From Yuukianura sp. NJ FZ-2021 (taxonomy: Eukaryota), in contig CM102284.1 in the NCBI GenBank assembly GCA_046563655.1, forward strand, positions 1,984,001 through 2,048,000: a DNA stretch of 64,000 bases, in the 5' to 3' direction. This document shows positions 22,105 through 36,122 of the stretch, piece after piece (position 1 is the first letter of the stretch; each line of letters starts with the position of its first letter). Below the pieces are notes generated by a model. It did not search any database. It was not told the DNA's origin and saw only the letters and a program-made list of their open reading frames with translations. The translations under genes were made by a program, and so were the position numbers.

Positions 22105-24084
22105 ATGCACGCGGAATCTGAATCCGACATTTCATCACGGCGGAAGAGTCGCGGGAATTCAAACTTTGAATTTTTCTCTAGCAAGAACAGCCCGCTCTGG
22201 ATCGGCGTTGCTGTCGTCATGGGCATCCTCCTTGTCGCAAATTTTATTTTGGTGATCATAGCAATTTACAAATTCTCAGAAGTTGATGCACGAATGGGTT
22301 ACGTCACTTCTGGTAATGTAAACCCAAAAATTATAGTTAAAAATTAGTAACTAATTGATAATTTACCAATTTTAAGCTACTTTGTTTACTTTGGTCCAAT
22401 TGTTTATGCTTATGATTTTATTTACGTTGTTAACATTTAGTTTGCCTTTTGTTTAGCGCAGTTTCGACAAATCTTTCTGTAACGGAAACAAACAAAGGAC
22501 GCCCGCAAAAGGGAGAAATAATTTTCAATGATGATTTCAATACGTTCAACCTTGACAAATGGGAACACGAAATTACAATGGCCGGAGGCGGGGTAATTTT
22601 TTCCGTTTAAATTTTTTGGAAAATTTAAGCTTTTTTGGGGAAGAATTTTCAGCTTTTAGCCCAGAATTTCATTTTGCCGATTTTCAAATTTGGAGTTGGA
22701 AAATTTTTAATTTTTTTAATTTTTTGAAAGAAGTTTGAAAGAAGCAGAATGAACTTCCTGTTTATATTTAACAAAATTCACAATTCTCAATACCCAATTT
22801 TTTTTCTATTATTGTTTCTGAAATTTCTGAAATTTGTAAATTTCAGAATCACGAATTTCAAATCTACAACAACAACAGGTCAAACAGTTTTGTCAAATTT
22901 GGAAAACTGTACATCAAGCCTACTCTCACAGTAGACAAATATGGCGAAGATATTCTCACCAATGGAAAACCAATTGAACTCGGCGGTGGCGCCCCAGCAG
23001 ACAAGTAAGGACTACTAGATAGAAAAATTCGAAAAAATGTGGCGCCAGAAATTTCAAAAATTTCCATTCTTAGGTGCACAAATGAACTGTTTGACGGATG
23101 CTTAAAGACAGGCTCAAACCTTCGTGCCATAAATCCAGTTCAATCCGCTAGAATTCGGACGTTGAACTCATTTTCCTTTAAATACGGACGAGTAGAAGTC
23201 AAAGCCAAAATACCGACTGGTGATTGGTTGTGGCCAGCCATTTGGATGATGCCAGTCAAAAATCAGTATGGAGGATGGCCAGCTTCTGGGGAAATTGACA
23301 TTATGGAGTCACGCGGGAATACTCACCTTTTTCAAAGCTGTGAACGCGGGAACGATTGTGTTCGTGGTCAAAAAAATATTGGAGTCGAACGTGTTGGATC
23401 TACTTTGCATTATGGTCCGTTCTTCCCTCAAAATGGCTGGGAAAAGGCACATTTCAACAAACAGTCACCGGTGGGAAAAGGATTTAATGAAAAATTTCAT
23501 CTCTATCAAGTTGAGTGGACGCCAGGTTAGGAATCATGTTCGAATTCAAAATTTTTGAAAAATTATGCTAACAAATTCGTTGATTTTATTTTTAGAACAT
23601 ATTAAGTTCAGTGTTGACGATGTTGAGGTGGGCGTATCCAAACCAGGACAAGGTGGCTACTGGCAACTGGGTGGGTTCTCAGACAAATTTGACAATCCTT
23701 GGATGTATAGCGAAAACTCACGTATGGCTCCATTTGACCAACGATTTTACATTATTTTGAATGTGGCTGTTGGCGGTACAAATGGATACTTCCCGGATGA
23801 CACTACTGGCAACGTACCAAAACCGTGGAAAAATAATTCGCCTAATGTAAGTTACAAAAACGTTTTTAAAAAAATTATTTTAAAATATTCTTTTGAAAAT
23901 GTTTTCATCTAATTTTAAATTTTTCTAAACTCATCACCTGTTTTGAATAATATGAAAATTGGTATTTTTGAAATAGCCAATGGGAAAATTTTGGGACGCA
24001 AGAGATGATTGGATACAGAACTGGGAGAAGGCCGGAGACGACTTGGCCATGCAAGTTGACTACGTCCGTGTTTGGGCATTGTAA
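22105..24084 (+). CDS. GH16 beta-1,3-glucanase / GNBP-like protein with N-terminal signal-anchor
   Basis: Multi-exon. Motifs FKYGRVEVKAKIPTGDWLWPAIWMMP, WPASGEIDIMESRGN (both catalytic Glu present), APFDQRFYIILNVAVGG and C-terminal MQVDYVRVWAL*. Hydrophobic segment LWIGVAVVMGILLVANFILVIIAI after a charged N-terminus. Confidence 0.9.
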
Positions 24085-25103
24085 AGCCGTTTGTCACAAA
24101 AACACATGTCAAATACCCGCAAATTTTAAAATGACCGAAATTTGCTCAAAATCTTCAACCTATACTATGAAAAAGTTCCTGTTCAAATTTTTGACATTAA
24201 TTAACAAACATGTAGACAACATTATCAATTTTATAAAAATTAACTAAAAAAACTATGAAATACCTTACACAAAAATTTACTTTAATCTCTCAGCAAATAT
24301 TAGCTTCAAAGTTTATTGGTAAGATGTATTAGAAGCTTGTAAGTTGTAGTTTTAAATTGTACAGCCAGTAAATAAATGTTAGGAATGGAAAAAGTTTGCT
24401 TAAAAATTTTATCCAAATAAAATTTGTTTCTTTTCCGAAACCGGGAACATGCCTGTTTTAAACAATACATTTTAAATTCGGTTAAATAAATCAAATCAAA
24501 TCAAATTGAATGATTAGGTTGACCTTAAATTTTCTAAAAGTTTTGGGGTTATGACAGTTGTTATGCAAGTTCTTTTAAATCTTTGTTGTGCTTGGTGTGT
24601 AATTTGTGTAACTGGTGACCTTTGACCTAACACGCCTTCGTCTGGCATTGTTTAGGTAAACTAATTAGGCTTGAGCTGATTATCACTGGAAACTATAAGA
24701 GTACGTCAGAGTCATTAAGCATCCTCATTTCTCATTTGAGTTGCTTCCAGGAATACTTGCATCACTTCTACACAAAAATTTAGTTTTGATTGTGTATTTG
24801 TACTAAACTGAATTTTTCTTGCTCTGAGGCAAAAATAGAACTTCTATTGCAGTTAGTTCATAGTAAACTAAAGTTGTAGCGTTTGTGGTTATTCAAATCA
24901 CGCGCTTGAAACTAGATTTGAATTCTCAATTTCAGTTTTCCTGGCTTAAACAAAAGCTGCTTCCCGGAACTCAACAGCTTTCTTAAGACTGATCATGATT
25001 TTCTTGTGGTTGGTATTCTCAATTTTGAGTTCCGGTTGAACATAAAAAGCAACCGCATTCTTGTTTTCAAAATTTTGAAGTAGAAAGCATCGTTTTCAGG
25101 AAA

Positions 25104-28100
25104 ATGGCTCCGGAATTCAAAATTTTGGTTTTGTTTGTACACATTTCGAAGGTTATTGGCATTCTAAGAAATTGTGTTAGTGAGGATGAGTGGAACAGTG
25201 ACACGAGTGGTGCGCCGCGGTGCCACATTGTTTTACCTGAACCGAATGTACGAGTGCGTTGCTATGGTGTTGACGACGAAACTGAAATTACGGTCAATCG
25301 GATGCCACCGGATCAACAGAAAGAAAATAATACACCAGTGATTGTTTGTAATGCGTCATATCCAATCGATGTGGACCAAGTAGGCTTCAAGGTATTTCGA
25401 AATTTCAAAACTTGAAAAAAAAATTGAAGTTGAAAATGAGTGTTTACAAAGCCAAATTTTATGTTTTGGTTTTAAAACAGATTGAATTAGGTAATAGTGT
25501 ATACACATATTTTATTCATATTTTTTTTTTGAAATTTTAGTTCAAAAGCCAACCGAACATTTTCTTTTTTCGTTACTTGGACCCAATTTCGACAGATGAA
25601 AATCCACAAAAAATCCACTCGATTGTGATTCCGCTTTACAGTAACATTTGGAGTCCACGTTGGTTTATTTTTCGAAGTACCACAAATCCTAAATTGCACA
25701 CCAAGTTTTACTTTTATTATCCGGGTAAACCCAAAAATTGAAATACATCGTGACAAAATTTGTCACACATTTGACAAGTGTGTGGAAAAATTTTGAAAAA
25801 ATTTCAAAAACAAGAAATGGAGCAAAACAACATGACTTATGGTTTTAGGTGGAAATGATCGCTCACTTCCGTACGATTGGCCCAATTCCAAAGTTTTTCC
25901 GACTGTGGTTGAACCAGAAGAACGCTACGCAGTTTTACCATGTCAAGTGACACATCGATCTGATGTGGTTGTCCTTCGCAAGAACAAATGCTCTGTACTC
26001 ATGCAATATAAAAACGATAAACCTATATCTATAACCGAGTAACATAACGTAGGATGTAATATAATATATATTATAGCATGTATAATGTAATACATATAAA
26101 TGCAATATATAAAATCTACTATATTTACATGTAGACAGGCGAAGATTTGCTGGTGGAAGTTGACAATCGAACGGTTATGTTTGTACCACGTGATGGATTC
26201 ATCGTCGATACTTGGGCTGAAGTTGAAGACTCAGTTTATGGCGTCTATACTTGTATTGCCCAGAATCGGCGAAAACCAAAATCGGATTTAGAGACACTTC
26301 AAGTAACACTGCGAAGACCTAAAGGTAACTGTAAGTCGTTGTAGATAAAAATTTTGAAATTGTTCAAATATTTAGTTTTTGGTTTTGGACAGAGTTCAGT
26401 GTTAAACCGAACACCATGAAGCTGTACTTTTTCACTGGAGACACAGTGGAGCTCAACTGCAAATCTTCAAGACGAGTTCAAATGAGCGGAAGTTTCAATG
26501 GTCGTCGAATCCAGCAGCAGAATTTTACTTATTTTTCAAATTCTACGCTCCGCTCTAGTTTTGCCGCCAAATTTATATATGAAAATTTACTACTTGGGGA
26601 CTCCGGGGAGGTGACTTGCAAAAATGACGGAATAAAAAGTCACACATGGAGTTTTCAAACTTTAGGTAAGGTACCGTAGTTTGAAATCTCAGCAACAATG
26701 TCATGATTACAAAAGTTCAAAAATTTCAAATTTTTTGAATAATTTAGATTTGAGGAACAACCGACACCTTGAATTTTTCGTGAATGACACGCACGTAAGG
26801 TGTTCTTCTAAACTGTCGTCGTATATCAGCATTTTCAATGCCGAGTGTTTCAACGAGGCGCATTGCCGAAGTAGGACCGAAGCCATTGAAACTTTTGGGG
26901 TACAGTGCAAATTTACTTAATTTAATTAAGAATATGTTAACTACAGTGCAAAACTATGTTAATTAAGTTAACCTTAATTAGGTTAAGAAGAATTAATACG
27001 TACGTTGCACTGTCAAACGTTTGCAGGCTGGTCAATGTGACTTGAAGCTTTCAAAAATTGTGCAATGTGCTAACAATTGTGTACGCAATCGTGTAGTGCA
27101 TGACAAATGTTTTGATGTCGCAAAAAGTCGTAGAAGTGGGATTTACAAGTGCGAAACGGAAGATCTGGCTCAACGCGTTGAATACTTAATGGGATACGAT
27201 GACAAAATTTGTAAGTGTGTTACACTGTTTATGTGTATGTAGCACAAAATGTGTTTATTGCATATAAAACTATTTTTAGACACAGGAGTACGTGACCTTC
27301 ACAACATTCCAATCGATGCGCTGATCCGAATTTCAAATCCGACGGGAATTGTTTACACCAACGAAAATCATACATTCTACTGTCAAGCGTCAAGCTTCAT
27401 TTCAAATGGAGAGTTTCACTGGTTACTCAAGGCGCCAAATGGAACTGAATTCAAACCAAGTAAAATTATTGAAAAATGTTAATATTTTTATTCTAATCTT
27501 CAAAATTTTCAAAATTCTGTACTAGGCATATTGGAGGTTCAGGCGTACCATGACTTTTTGACTGGAAATGATTCTGTGTGGTCAGCAACAATAGTTTTTA
27601 CGGAACCAATAGCTGGACTGGAGGTGTTTTGCCTCGTACCTATTTGGAATACTGCTGATGATTGGTTGTCTAATTCGGTCCGAATTGATGTTATCTGTAC
27701 GATCCATTCTTTTAAACATGAAATCAAACCAGAAATGGCGCCAAACTTTTGTTTATTTAAAAAGTGCCTACCGTGCCAAAAATTGACGACAAAGAGTCTC
27801 TTGAGCAAATGTATTACATTGGAGACAGCAACAAATTCATTCCGTGCAATGCCACTGGTAAGCCACGGCCAACTGTGCAATGGTACAGAAATAGACAAGT
27901 AAGAACTTTAAACTCTCCGCTTTGTAAATATTTTTTCTTGAAACAATAGCGTTTTATTATTGTTTCAAACTTTTAGCCAGTGAACCCTGATGTTACTGAC
28001 AGAGGCGGTACAGACTTGATATTTCGTGAAATCAATGACGACATCAGTGGAACTTACACTTGTGTAGCAACTAGCCCAGGCGGAGCAGCCACCCGTGATT

Positions 28101-29988
28101 TCTGGGTTACCGTACAAAGTAAAAATGGTTTCTGAAATTGAAAAATGACCAGTTTAAAAATAAATTAAAACGGAAATTTTTTAATACAGCTAGGCCAAAC
28201 CCAACTGTTTATGTCGTCGTGGGCGTATTTTTTGTCGCTGCAAGTGTAGTGTGCCTGATGATTTTATACTGGAAACTTGTCAAGGCTAAAGTAAGCAGAT
28301 GAGACATCAAAAAATCTTTAGACAACAATATTCTCACATCTAGAACAACTGAATTTTTTACACTAAAGGTTGACAAATATATGTTGTTTATAGCGTCGTA
28401 TTCGAAACTTGACTGATGAAGAAGTACATGAGTTTTTGCACGGAAATGAAGAAGCAGCAAAAGCTGCACAGGAACCGCAAGAAGTCATACTCCATTTGCC
28501 ATTCAATCCCGAATTTGAAATTGCTAGAGAGCGGCTAGATTTTGGTAAATTTAAGTTGTAGTCGTAGAAACGGCTTTTTGAATAATGTTTGTGAAAATTC
28601 AGATGAACATGACATTTTGGGAAGCGGTGCTTACGGAGTCGTTTTGAAAGGGAAGCTGCAGGGTTTTGCAGAAGAAGTTGCCATCAAAACCATGAAACCA
28701 CACAGCACTTTGTCCTACTTCAAAGCACTTTTGTCCGAACTCAAAATCATGGTATACTTGGGAAAGCACGAGAATGTTGTACAACTTATCGGAGCGTACA
28801 CCGGAAAAATCAAAGAGCGTAAGAAATAATAATGCTTGCTTGCTAGAATATATTTAAAAGACATATAGTTCATGTATGTAAGACGTTTGGATTGTACAAA
28901 TCGAATATACAGATATTGTGCACATGCGTGAATACCAGCGCTAAAGGCCTTCTTCATTTTGTTATAGGTGTGCTCTACATGGTTGTTGAATTAAGTCCAT
29001 ACGGAAATTTGGAAGCATTTCTTCGAAATCAGTCCAAAAATTTTCAAAATCAAATAAGAAGTGATGTCATTACTATTCCAAAGGCAACATTTGCGTAAGC
29101 ATTTTACAAAACCATAAATTAAAAGCTGTATAACTACTCGCAACAGGTTTTAATAATTTTAATGTTTTAAATATAGTAACAGATTTTATACCAACTTTAC
29201 GCCCGAGGCAATAGATAACCCGTTGTACATAAACGTCTTGTGTACGAGTGACCTTGTCAGTATGTCGCATCAAATTGCTCAAGGCATGCTACATTTAGCA
29301 AGCAAAAAGGTATGCTATCAATTTTAATATGTGCTAAAAATTTAGAAACTCAAATTTGTCAGTGTCATTCTTTATTAGAAGAGAATGTCAGTTCAAATTT
29401 AAGCTTTAAAGCTATAATTTTTTTTTAGGTGATACATGCAGACTTGGCTTGCCGCAACGTTCTTCTGTACAATGACGGCGTGGTTAAGATTACTGATTTT
29501 GGCTTATCTCGCCAGTTATACGCCTACACCAGTTACATGAAGAAGGAGCAGGAGCCGTTGCCATGGAGATCAATGGCCATTGAATCTCTGCGGGAGATGA
29601 ATTTTTCGTCACAGTCTGATGTATGGGCATACGGTGTAACGCTGTGGGAAATTTTCAGTTTGGGAGCAGTACCTTATCCAGGGTTGTCCTGGAGCATAGA
29701 TTTTGTGGACAAGGTGACCCATGGCCTCAGACTATCAAAACCTATTTATGCTACAAGTGAAATGTAAAAAAATGTCTTCTAATTCCACTTTTTTTTTAAA
29801 TTTTAAATTTTGGATTTACTTTTTCAAAATTTTTTTGCAGTTATGAAATTATGCTCCAATGTTGGCATACGATACCAAGTAACAGACCAACTTTCGACGA
29901 ATTAAGAGACGCTTTTGGAATAGTGTGGCGCTCCGTTCAAAAACTTGGCGATTTAGGTGAAAGCTCCGGAGAAAATTTTGTGAATTAG
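25104..29988 (+). CDS. PVR/VEGFR-like receptor tyrosine kinase (many short exons)
   Basis: Ig-like exons (LPCQVTH, GVYTC, PCNATGKPRPTVQWY), a TM exon at ~28190-28290, and kinase motifs LGSGAYGVV, VAIKTMK, LLSELKIM, HADLACRN, DFGLSR, SDVWAYGVTLWEIFSLG, CW...RPTF. Confidence 0.88.
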
Positions 29989-30109
29989 ACCTTGTGGAAA
30001 AAGAAATTTTTGTAAAAATTTATTGTCCAAAACGTTTATTTGAGAAGAGAAATCATTGTTAATTTTTGATTTAGCACTAATGTAACATTTATTTGTATAT
30101 CAAAAAAAA

Positions 30110-31608
30110 TTATGCGTGAATTAATTTTTTCGGGTTATTGCCTACACTTTCAACTAAATCTGCTGCACGTTCTTTGCTTCGTGAGGCTTGTATACGTTCT
30201 CCGATTGCACGCATTCGCTGCTCCAAAGTATCGTTGGCCAATAGCGTTTCGACTCCATCAAGCAGTTCTTGTGCAGTGACATGGTATGGATGGAAACATA
30301 GACCAAGACCTGTTTCACGCATGCGCTGTCCGTTGTCCAACTGATCCCACAGTAGTGGAAGAACTATTATTCGCTTACCGTAGTAAAATGATTCTGTTAA
30401 CGTGTTATTTCCACCATGTGTGATGACAAGGTCAACCTGGGGGATGACCTTCGTCTGGGGTAATGTCGCCTCTCCCCACATGTTGTCGCCAAGAACAAGG
30501 TCACCGCCCATTGGTCCTGTAACATAATTAAAAGCATGTACAAATGTACTAAAAACTAACTAATTCTATGAAAGAAGAAGGAATTTTAAAATTTTGCCGC
30601 CAAAAAACTACTGACCTTTTGAAATGATGAACCTGTTTGGCGATTTAGCAAGGAATCCTAACAGTTTCTGTACGAGTGGAATGTTGATGCATCCAATAGT
30701 TCCCATCGAGAAGTAAATGAGTTTGCCAGGACCAGATTTCAATTTGGCGGGAATTTCAAACGGAGTAGGATCTTGGTCCCTCTTCATAAAGCTATCAAAC
30801 TGATGCCAAGTGGGCGGAATAGGTCGAAGGTCAGTGTAATCCAACTCTTGAGGGAAAACGTACATGTTTGCCCAAGGGGAATATTTTTGAAGAATTGGAA
30901 ATTTGTAGTCGTATGGAGTTGAGCCATGGTTTTCCATCCATGAATTGTACTCTTCCAGAAATTGCTTGTGAACAGATTGATATTCGGCTTCATACAATTC
31001 CCGAAGCTTTCTGTCGGATTTGGCGGGAAAACCTCCCCATGCTGGCGGTGAATTTTCAGTTGAAATTCCAAGGGGGTTGAACGAAGTTGAAAGAATCCAC
31101 GGTACACCTAAAACCATAAATATACAGTGAGAGCCAGCTAAAACGGTAAACTCGAAATTCTTTAATGTCGCAACTGTGGCTTACCTTGGTCAATGAGAGC
31201 AGGCGTCTGGTAGCAAGTATCGACCACGACGACATCCGGTTTGACCCTGGCCATGATTTCTCTGAATCGTGTGTCAGCGTATTTGACCTGACTGAACATT
31301 TCTTCATACATGGGCAAATAGAAGTTCTTGTGATGATGAATTGAGTCCAACGCAATTTCAGCCGACTTTTGTAAAATTATTTCGCCCCACTTTGATTCAC
31401 CATCTCCATTTGCCTTTGTATCTGATTCTGAAATTTGGTACAATTCTTCTACAAATCCAAGTGGAGCTACACGGCCTTTCCATCGATATGGAATGCAAAA
31501 CACAACGGTGTGACCTCGGTCACGAAGAACTTCTCCTATACCTATGGAAGCATTAAGGTGGCCTAAACCGTCAATAGTTGAAAACAAAATTGTTAACTTT
31601 GTATCCAT
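30110..31608 (-). CDS. Family GT1 UDP/NDP-glycosyltransferase, soluble bacterial MGT/YjiC-like type (3 exons)
   Basis: N-terminal GLGHLNASIGIGEVLRDRGH and C-terminal signature LPQTKVIPQVDLVITHGGNNTLTESFYYGKRIIVLPLLWDQLDNG. No signal peptide and no C-terminal TM/KK motif. Confidence 0.88.
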
Positions 31609-32780
31609 TTCTTAAAAAATCAAAACTTTTGGATCAAGAAATCACTAAATAATTCCTAAAGGTTTGTGTATTGTTTAAACTGCCGTATTTTAAAATACAA
31701 AAACCAGGAATGGATTGAAGAATTAGGATATCAAAGAATCAAGTTTTTATAGCCGGTTTTAAAATTACTTTTGAAAACCTGTTCCAAACTGAGATTAATT
31801 CAAGTTCTTCTGTGCCTAAAAAATTATGGCGAACGGAATGAAGTTTTATAGTATCTAGTTATGTTCAAACTAACAGTTAGGGTTGAAGGGGTAACTGCCT
31901 CGCTCAAATGTTTGCTTACCTTACAAAAAATCAAATGCTCATCACTGAAATAATTTTTTGCAGTTAGAACAACTTCTTACATTCGAATTTGCATTTTACC
32001 GAAACACAATTGCAGTTCCATAAGTAAGCTACATTGAAATCAAATTGTATCAACAACATAACGAAATCTAGTCTGTCTTGGCTTGATTTAAATTTTCGAA
32101 GGAAAAATTCTGCATCCAAAGAACGAACGTGGTGACCTTGATTTGGTTTAATTTTGTAAAATTGTGTCAAATGAATATTCTATCAACTGTCACTGCATCA
32201 ACTGAATTGTGTATACTGGAATTGCACCAACGCTCAATTTTATCAACCTATCAACAAACCGAACCTAGGGTTAAATAAGCATCACACACGTCGACACAAT
32301 TAGCCGTTAACGCAATTTACCAGTTGACGCAATTGTACTTGACAAGATTGAGTCGATACGATGGTTGTTGATGTGATTCAGTTGACGCAATGTTGTGCTC
32401 CGGGTTTTCCGATTTTACGTAAGTAACTAGACTTTCCACTATATTGGCAAAAAATGGGAAGAAATATTGTATTTTAAATATTAAAGCAAGTGAATACATA
32501 AAAGCATGGGAAAAAAATTCAGACCATCGTGTTCTTCATGGCCTAGTTGTGTGATAAAATGGTAAGAAAATAAGAAAACTGTTCAATAATGTAATTTAAT
32601 AATCTTGGAAGGGGTTGTGGAAAAAAGGAGGCATTTCGTGTGAAATAAATGCAATTTATTTAAGTCTTTGAAAAGGCATCATGCAAGGCGTCATTTCCTT
32701 TAAATTATTCAATTTAAAATTTAGGCAACGTATTACAAAACTACGTTCAAAATGACACATTATGTGCAAACCTGATCAAA

Positions 32781-35700
32781 ATGTCGCCAAGGTACTTTGT
32801 CTTTGTCGTTTTTACTCAAATCCTGCTGCTCAGTATAGGTTGCCACAGCAGCAAACCGATTGCTACAGATAATGGCATTATTACCATCAACAATATTTTG
32901 GAAGAATTTGAAAATTGGCGCATTCACCTTGTGCTGGATTCTGTTGAAACTGAACTGCCTCCAATCTTGCTCCCCGTAATAGTTGACAATGTCAAATCTA
33001 ATGCAGAACGTCTTGGATCCTTTGTGCACGGGAAAGTTACAAGTAGAGTTGTCAAATATTCAAAATATTGGAACTCTCGCCAATTCTATTCTGTTCATAT
33101 GTTTCTGTTCTATAACATTTCAATAGTTGCACATCTTTGCTCGGCTCCTAAAATTGGAAGCAAAGGTAACCCATACTTATGGTCTGGTCACGCGGGATTT
33201 GCTGTCATTTACGACCAAAATGCTAAATTTGCAGAACCGCAATTCTGTCCTGTGCGATTTCCACTACCCATAACAGTTTTGCAAGTGGAAAAAATTGATA
33301 GAGCGGGAACAAATCTCATTCTGAAAACATTTACAACATTGGCACAAACTGAGCCTTGTACAGTTGGAAATTTACGCAACTGCTTGGGACAAGAATTAAC
33401 TATTGATCTGACTAACAATGGTGATCTGTTGTCAACTTGTTTTGGAGTAAACGAAAGCTTTGTTTCCAAGGCTGATTTGGATAAGTTTGTAAGGTCACCA
33501 GGAAAGATCAAGGATGCGATACCAGAGTTGCGAGGCGTATCGAAGTTGCAAATTGGACGTTATAAAGCTGCGCTACATAAGGTTGCCTTTATGTATATTT
33601 TAGCTGCCACCAAAGCTTGCTTCAAGTTTCCTGCAGCACTAAGCGATAAACAACGACAAAATCTTTACTCAAGTTTAGGACATATTCCAACAAAGTTAGG
33701 CTTTGGTGAATTAGATCGCTATAAGTATGATGTCGGATATACTTTTGATATACAAAAACAGATTCTGATTTCTATAGCATCATCAGACTCGGCAAAATTT
33801 GTGACATGTGACGGCGTACGTCGGGTAAGTAACAAGTTCAAGGTACGGAAAAATAATTGAAAAAGACAGGCATGCGCACAGACTAATCTGCAAACCTGAA
33901 AATTTATTTCCCTGGTTACAACTAAAATTATGGATACAATTTAATCCAAGCTTGTTTAACTCGAAATTTTGTTTATTTTTCCTTAGAAGGTTTTGTCATA
34001 ACTCCTTGTTTTTAAAAATTGTTTGTTTTGAAATTTTCGGCGATTTGTTTACCTCGTGCCATGTAAAGTAAATGGGATTGGTCCAAAATTGGTCCAAAAG
34101 TTGTTTTTTCTTGTTTGTTTTTTTGAATTGGAGTTATGACATAACCTCTTACGCCATTTGTATAAATGGTTGCTATAGGAACCTTGATTTAATCAATCTC
34201 ACTGTTTTTTTAAAAATTGAATGTAAGTAATTTAATTATATTTGTTTATTAGCTGGAAACTGCTATAAATTTCATCTTTGATCCATATGATCCAATGACT
34301 TGGTCACTAAAATTTTTCGTCAGTCTTGGTATTATTCCCGCTGCTCTACTGTTGCTGACCTGGTCTTCAAATGTTTCGTGTAGTGGACTTATGAAAACTG
34401 TTGCTGCAGTCGTTTGGACTTGTGCACTATTACTTATTGACGTTTCTCAAGAAACGATGCAGCGTACTCTATTTCACTCCAAACTAAAATCGAAATTTCG
34501 ATATATCTTTGGCGGGTGGTTACTTGCTACGGTTGTCCTCGTCAATGCATACAAAGGTTTGTTGACATCACATGTTTTGGCGCCGCCGCACAGGGTTAAT
34601 CATACGTGGGCAAATCTATCTCAGCTTAAAAATTTTACGCTGCTCGGCCATTTTTCACAGTGGGAGGAAAACTACATTACCACCAGTAACCTCAAGGTGA
34701 GAATCTATACCACTAGCTTGTACATACCTATACAAGGTGTGGCACGTAAAAGTAAACGCCTGAAATCCGTTGCTATGGGCAGCTTGACCCAAAACTGTAA
34801 ACCATGCAAGGGAATTATAACAAATTAAGATATATTTTTTTCAACCATAAGGTTCAAAATAACTTTTTCGTTTGTATTTGCTACATTTCTCCTCCCGTAA
34901 TTCTTTAAATCAATTATTTTTCGAGTGTTTACTTTTACGTGCCACACCCTGTATATTTGTGGTGTTCATGGCACACATGGGTTGAGAGAGACAAAGAACG
35001 AGAGTGTAGAGAAAACAAGAAACCGAGTGGGACTCGAACCCACATCTCTTCAATCCGGAAGAGATATCCTTGAGCATATAATGTGGCGTAAACGATTTGA
35101 GTAAAAAGAACTTCATTTTACAGAATGACGTTGCAGATTTCGAACTCACTTTCTGTCATTGCCAAAAACTTGGAAGACTGGGACTCTTTCCACAAGGCAC
35201 CACAATCTCCCTTGATGACTATATGAAATTTAAAGTTGTATGCTTAAAAATACCATGTACACATCTCCATTATATGTTTCATCAAACGTCCATGGTTATA
35301 CCTACGGATTCAGCCTGCGAAAAATACCAGGTTGAGCAGAATAAACTCAACAGTTGGAGACTTAGAACCAACACTTTTTACACAACTGCACCATCTTGGG
35401 TACGAGCATTGGAGAATTCAGCTGGAGTAGCAAATTTTCCAAAACTATTTAGCTTCTATTTTCTCACTGAAAATGTTAAAGGCTTCTTAGATGATTCGGA
35501 AATAGCGAGAATCGTGGGCAAGTGTGACCGCGTAGTTTTGCTTCACACAGCACAAAAAGTTGCTGATATCGTGACGCGTGTGCATGGTAACCAAATTGAC
35601 AACAACTCTTTAGAACCACTTCAGGAGTTTACAATTTCCAACTCATTGCCTGCGCCCCATTGGGTTGGATATTCCTTCTTTCATAGTGAGTACAATGTAA

Positions 35701-36122
35701 ATATAGACCCTGTTCAGTATAGGTATGACTACATTGAGTACCAAATGTACAGAGCGATGCAAAATATGATTGAGCAAGGGATATACCAAATTTGGGAAAA
35801 GTGGAACAGGATCGTCTTCGAAGATGATGAAATGCGACACATTAATCGGAAAGTTGAAATTTTCAAAGCAACGCCCAAGCAACTAGGGCTCAATTTGAGC
35901 GTCAGAATAACATTTATAATATGGGCAATTTTCATTGTCATTTCGCTGATTGTTTGGACTTTAGAGTTTGCTTCGCAATATTACGAAAAACACAAGAACC
36001 AGGTTACGTTATTCGTGAGATCAAAAGCTAACGAAAAAAGTACATTTAGTGTATTGACATCCAATATACGTTACATACTGAGAGTTACATATTTACAGGT
36101 GCGTAAAAAATTATCAACATGA
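32781..36122 (+). CDS. Divergent ionotropic receptor (IR)-like protein, copy 1 (exons ~32781-33842, 34253-34696, 35124-36122)
   Basis: Signal peptide; PYDxMTW before M1; M2-like GGWLLATVVLVNAYKGLLTS; S2-like QNMIEQGIYQIWEK; last TM ITFIIWAIFIVISLIVWTLE. Confidence 0.75.
34733..34951. mobile_element. Tc1/mariner-type MITE (219 bp) in IR copy 1 intron
   Basis: TIRs CA(A/G)GGTGTGGCACGTAAAAGTAAAC at both ends, TA on each side; absent from the same intron of IR copy 2. Confidence 0.88.
35023..35080 (-). mobile_element. tRNA-derived SINE-like fragment
   Basis: The minus strand reads ...TCTCTTCCGGATTGAAGAGATGTGGGTTCGAGTCCCACTCGG: a pol III B-box plus an anticodon-like hairpin, with no complete cloverleaf. 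Confidence 0.4.

Noticed and set aside
35023-35080. Functional tRNA gene
   Set aside because: Only a B-box/T-arm and one hairpin; no acceptor stem or clear D-arm.
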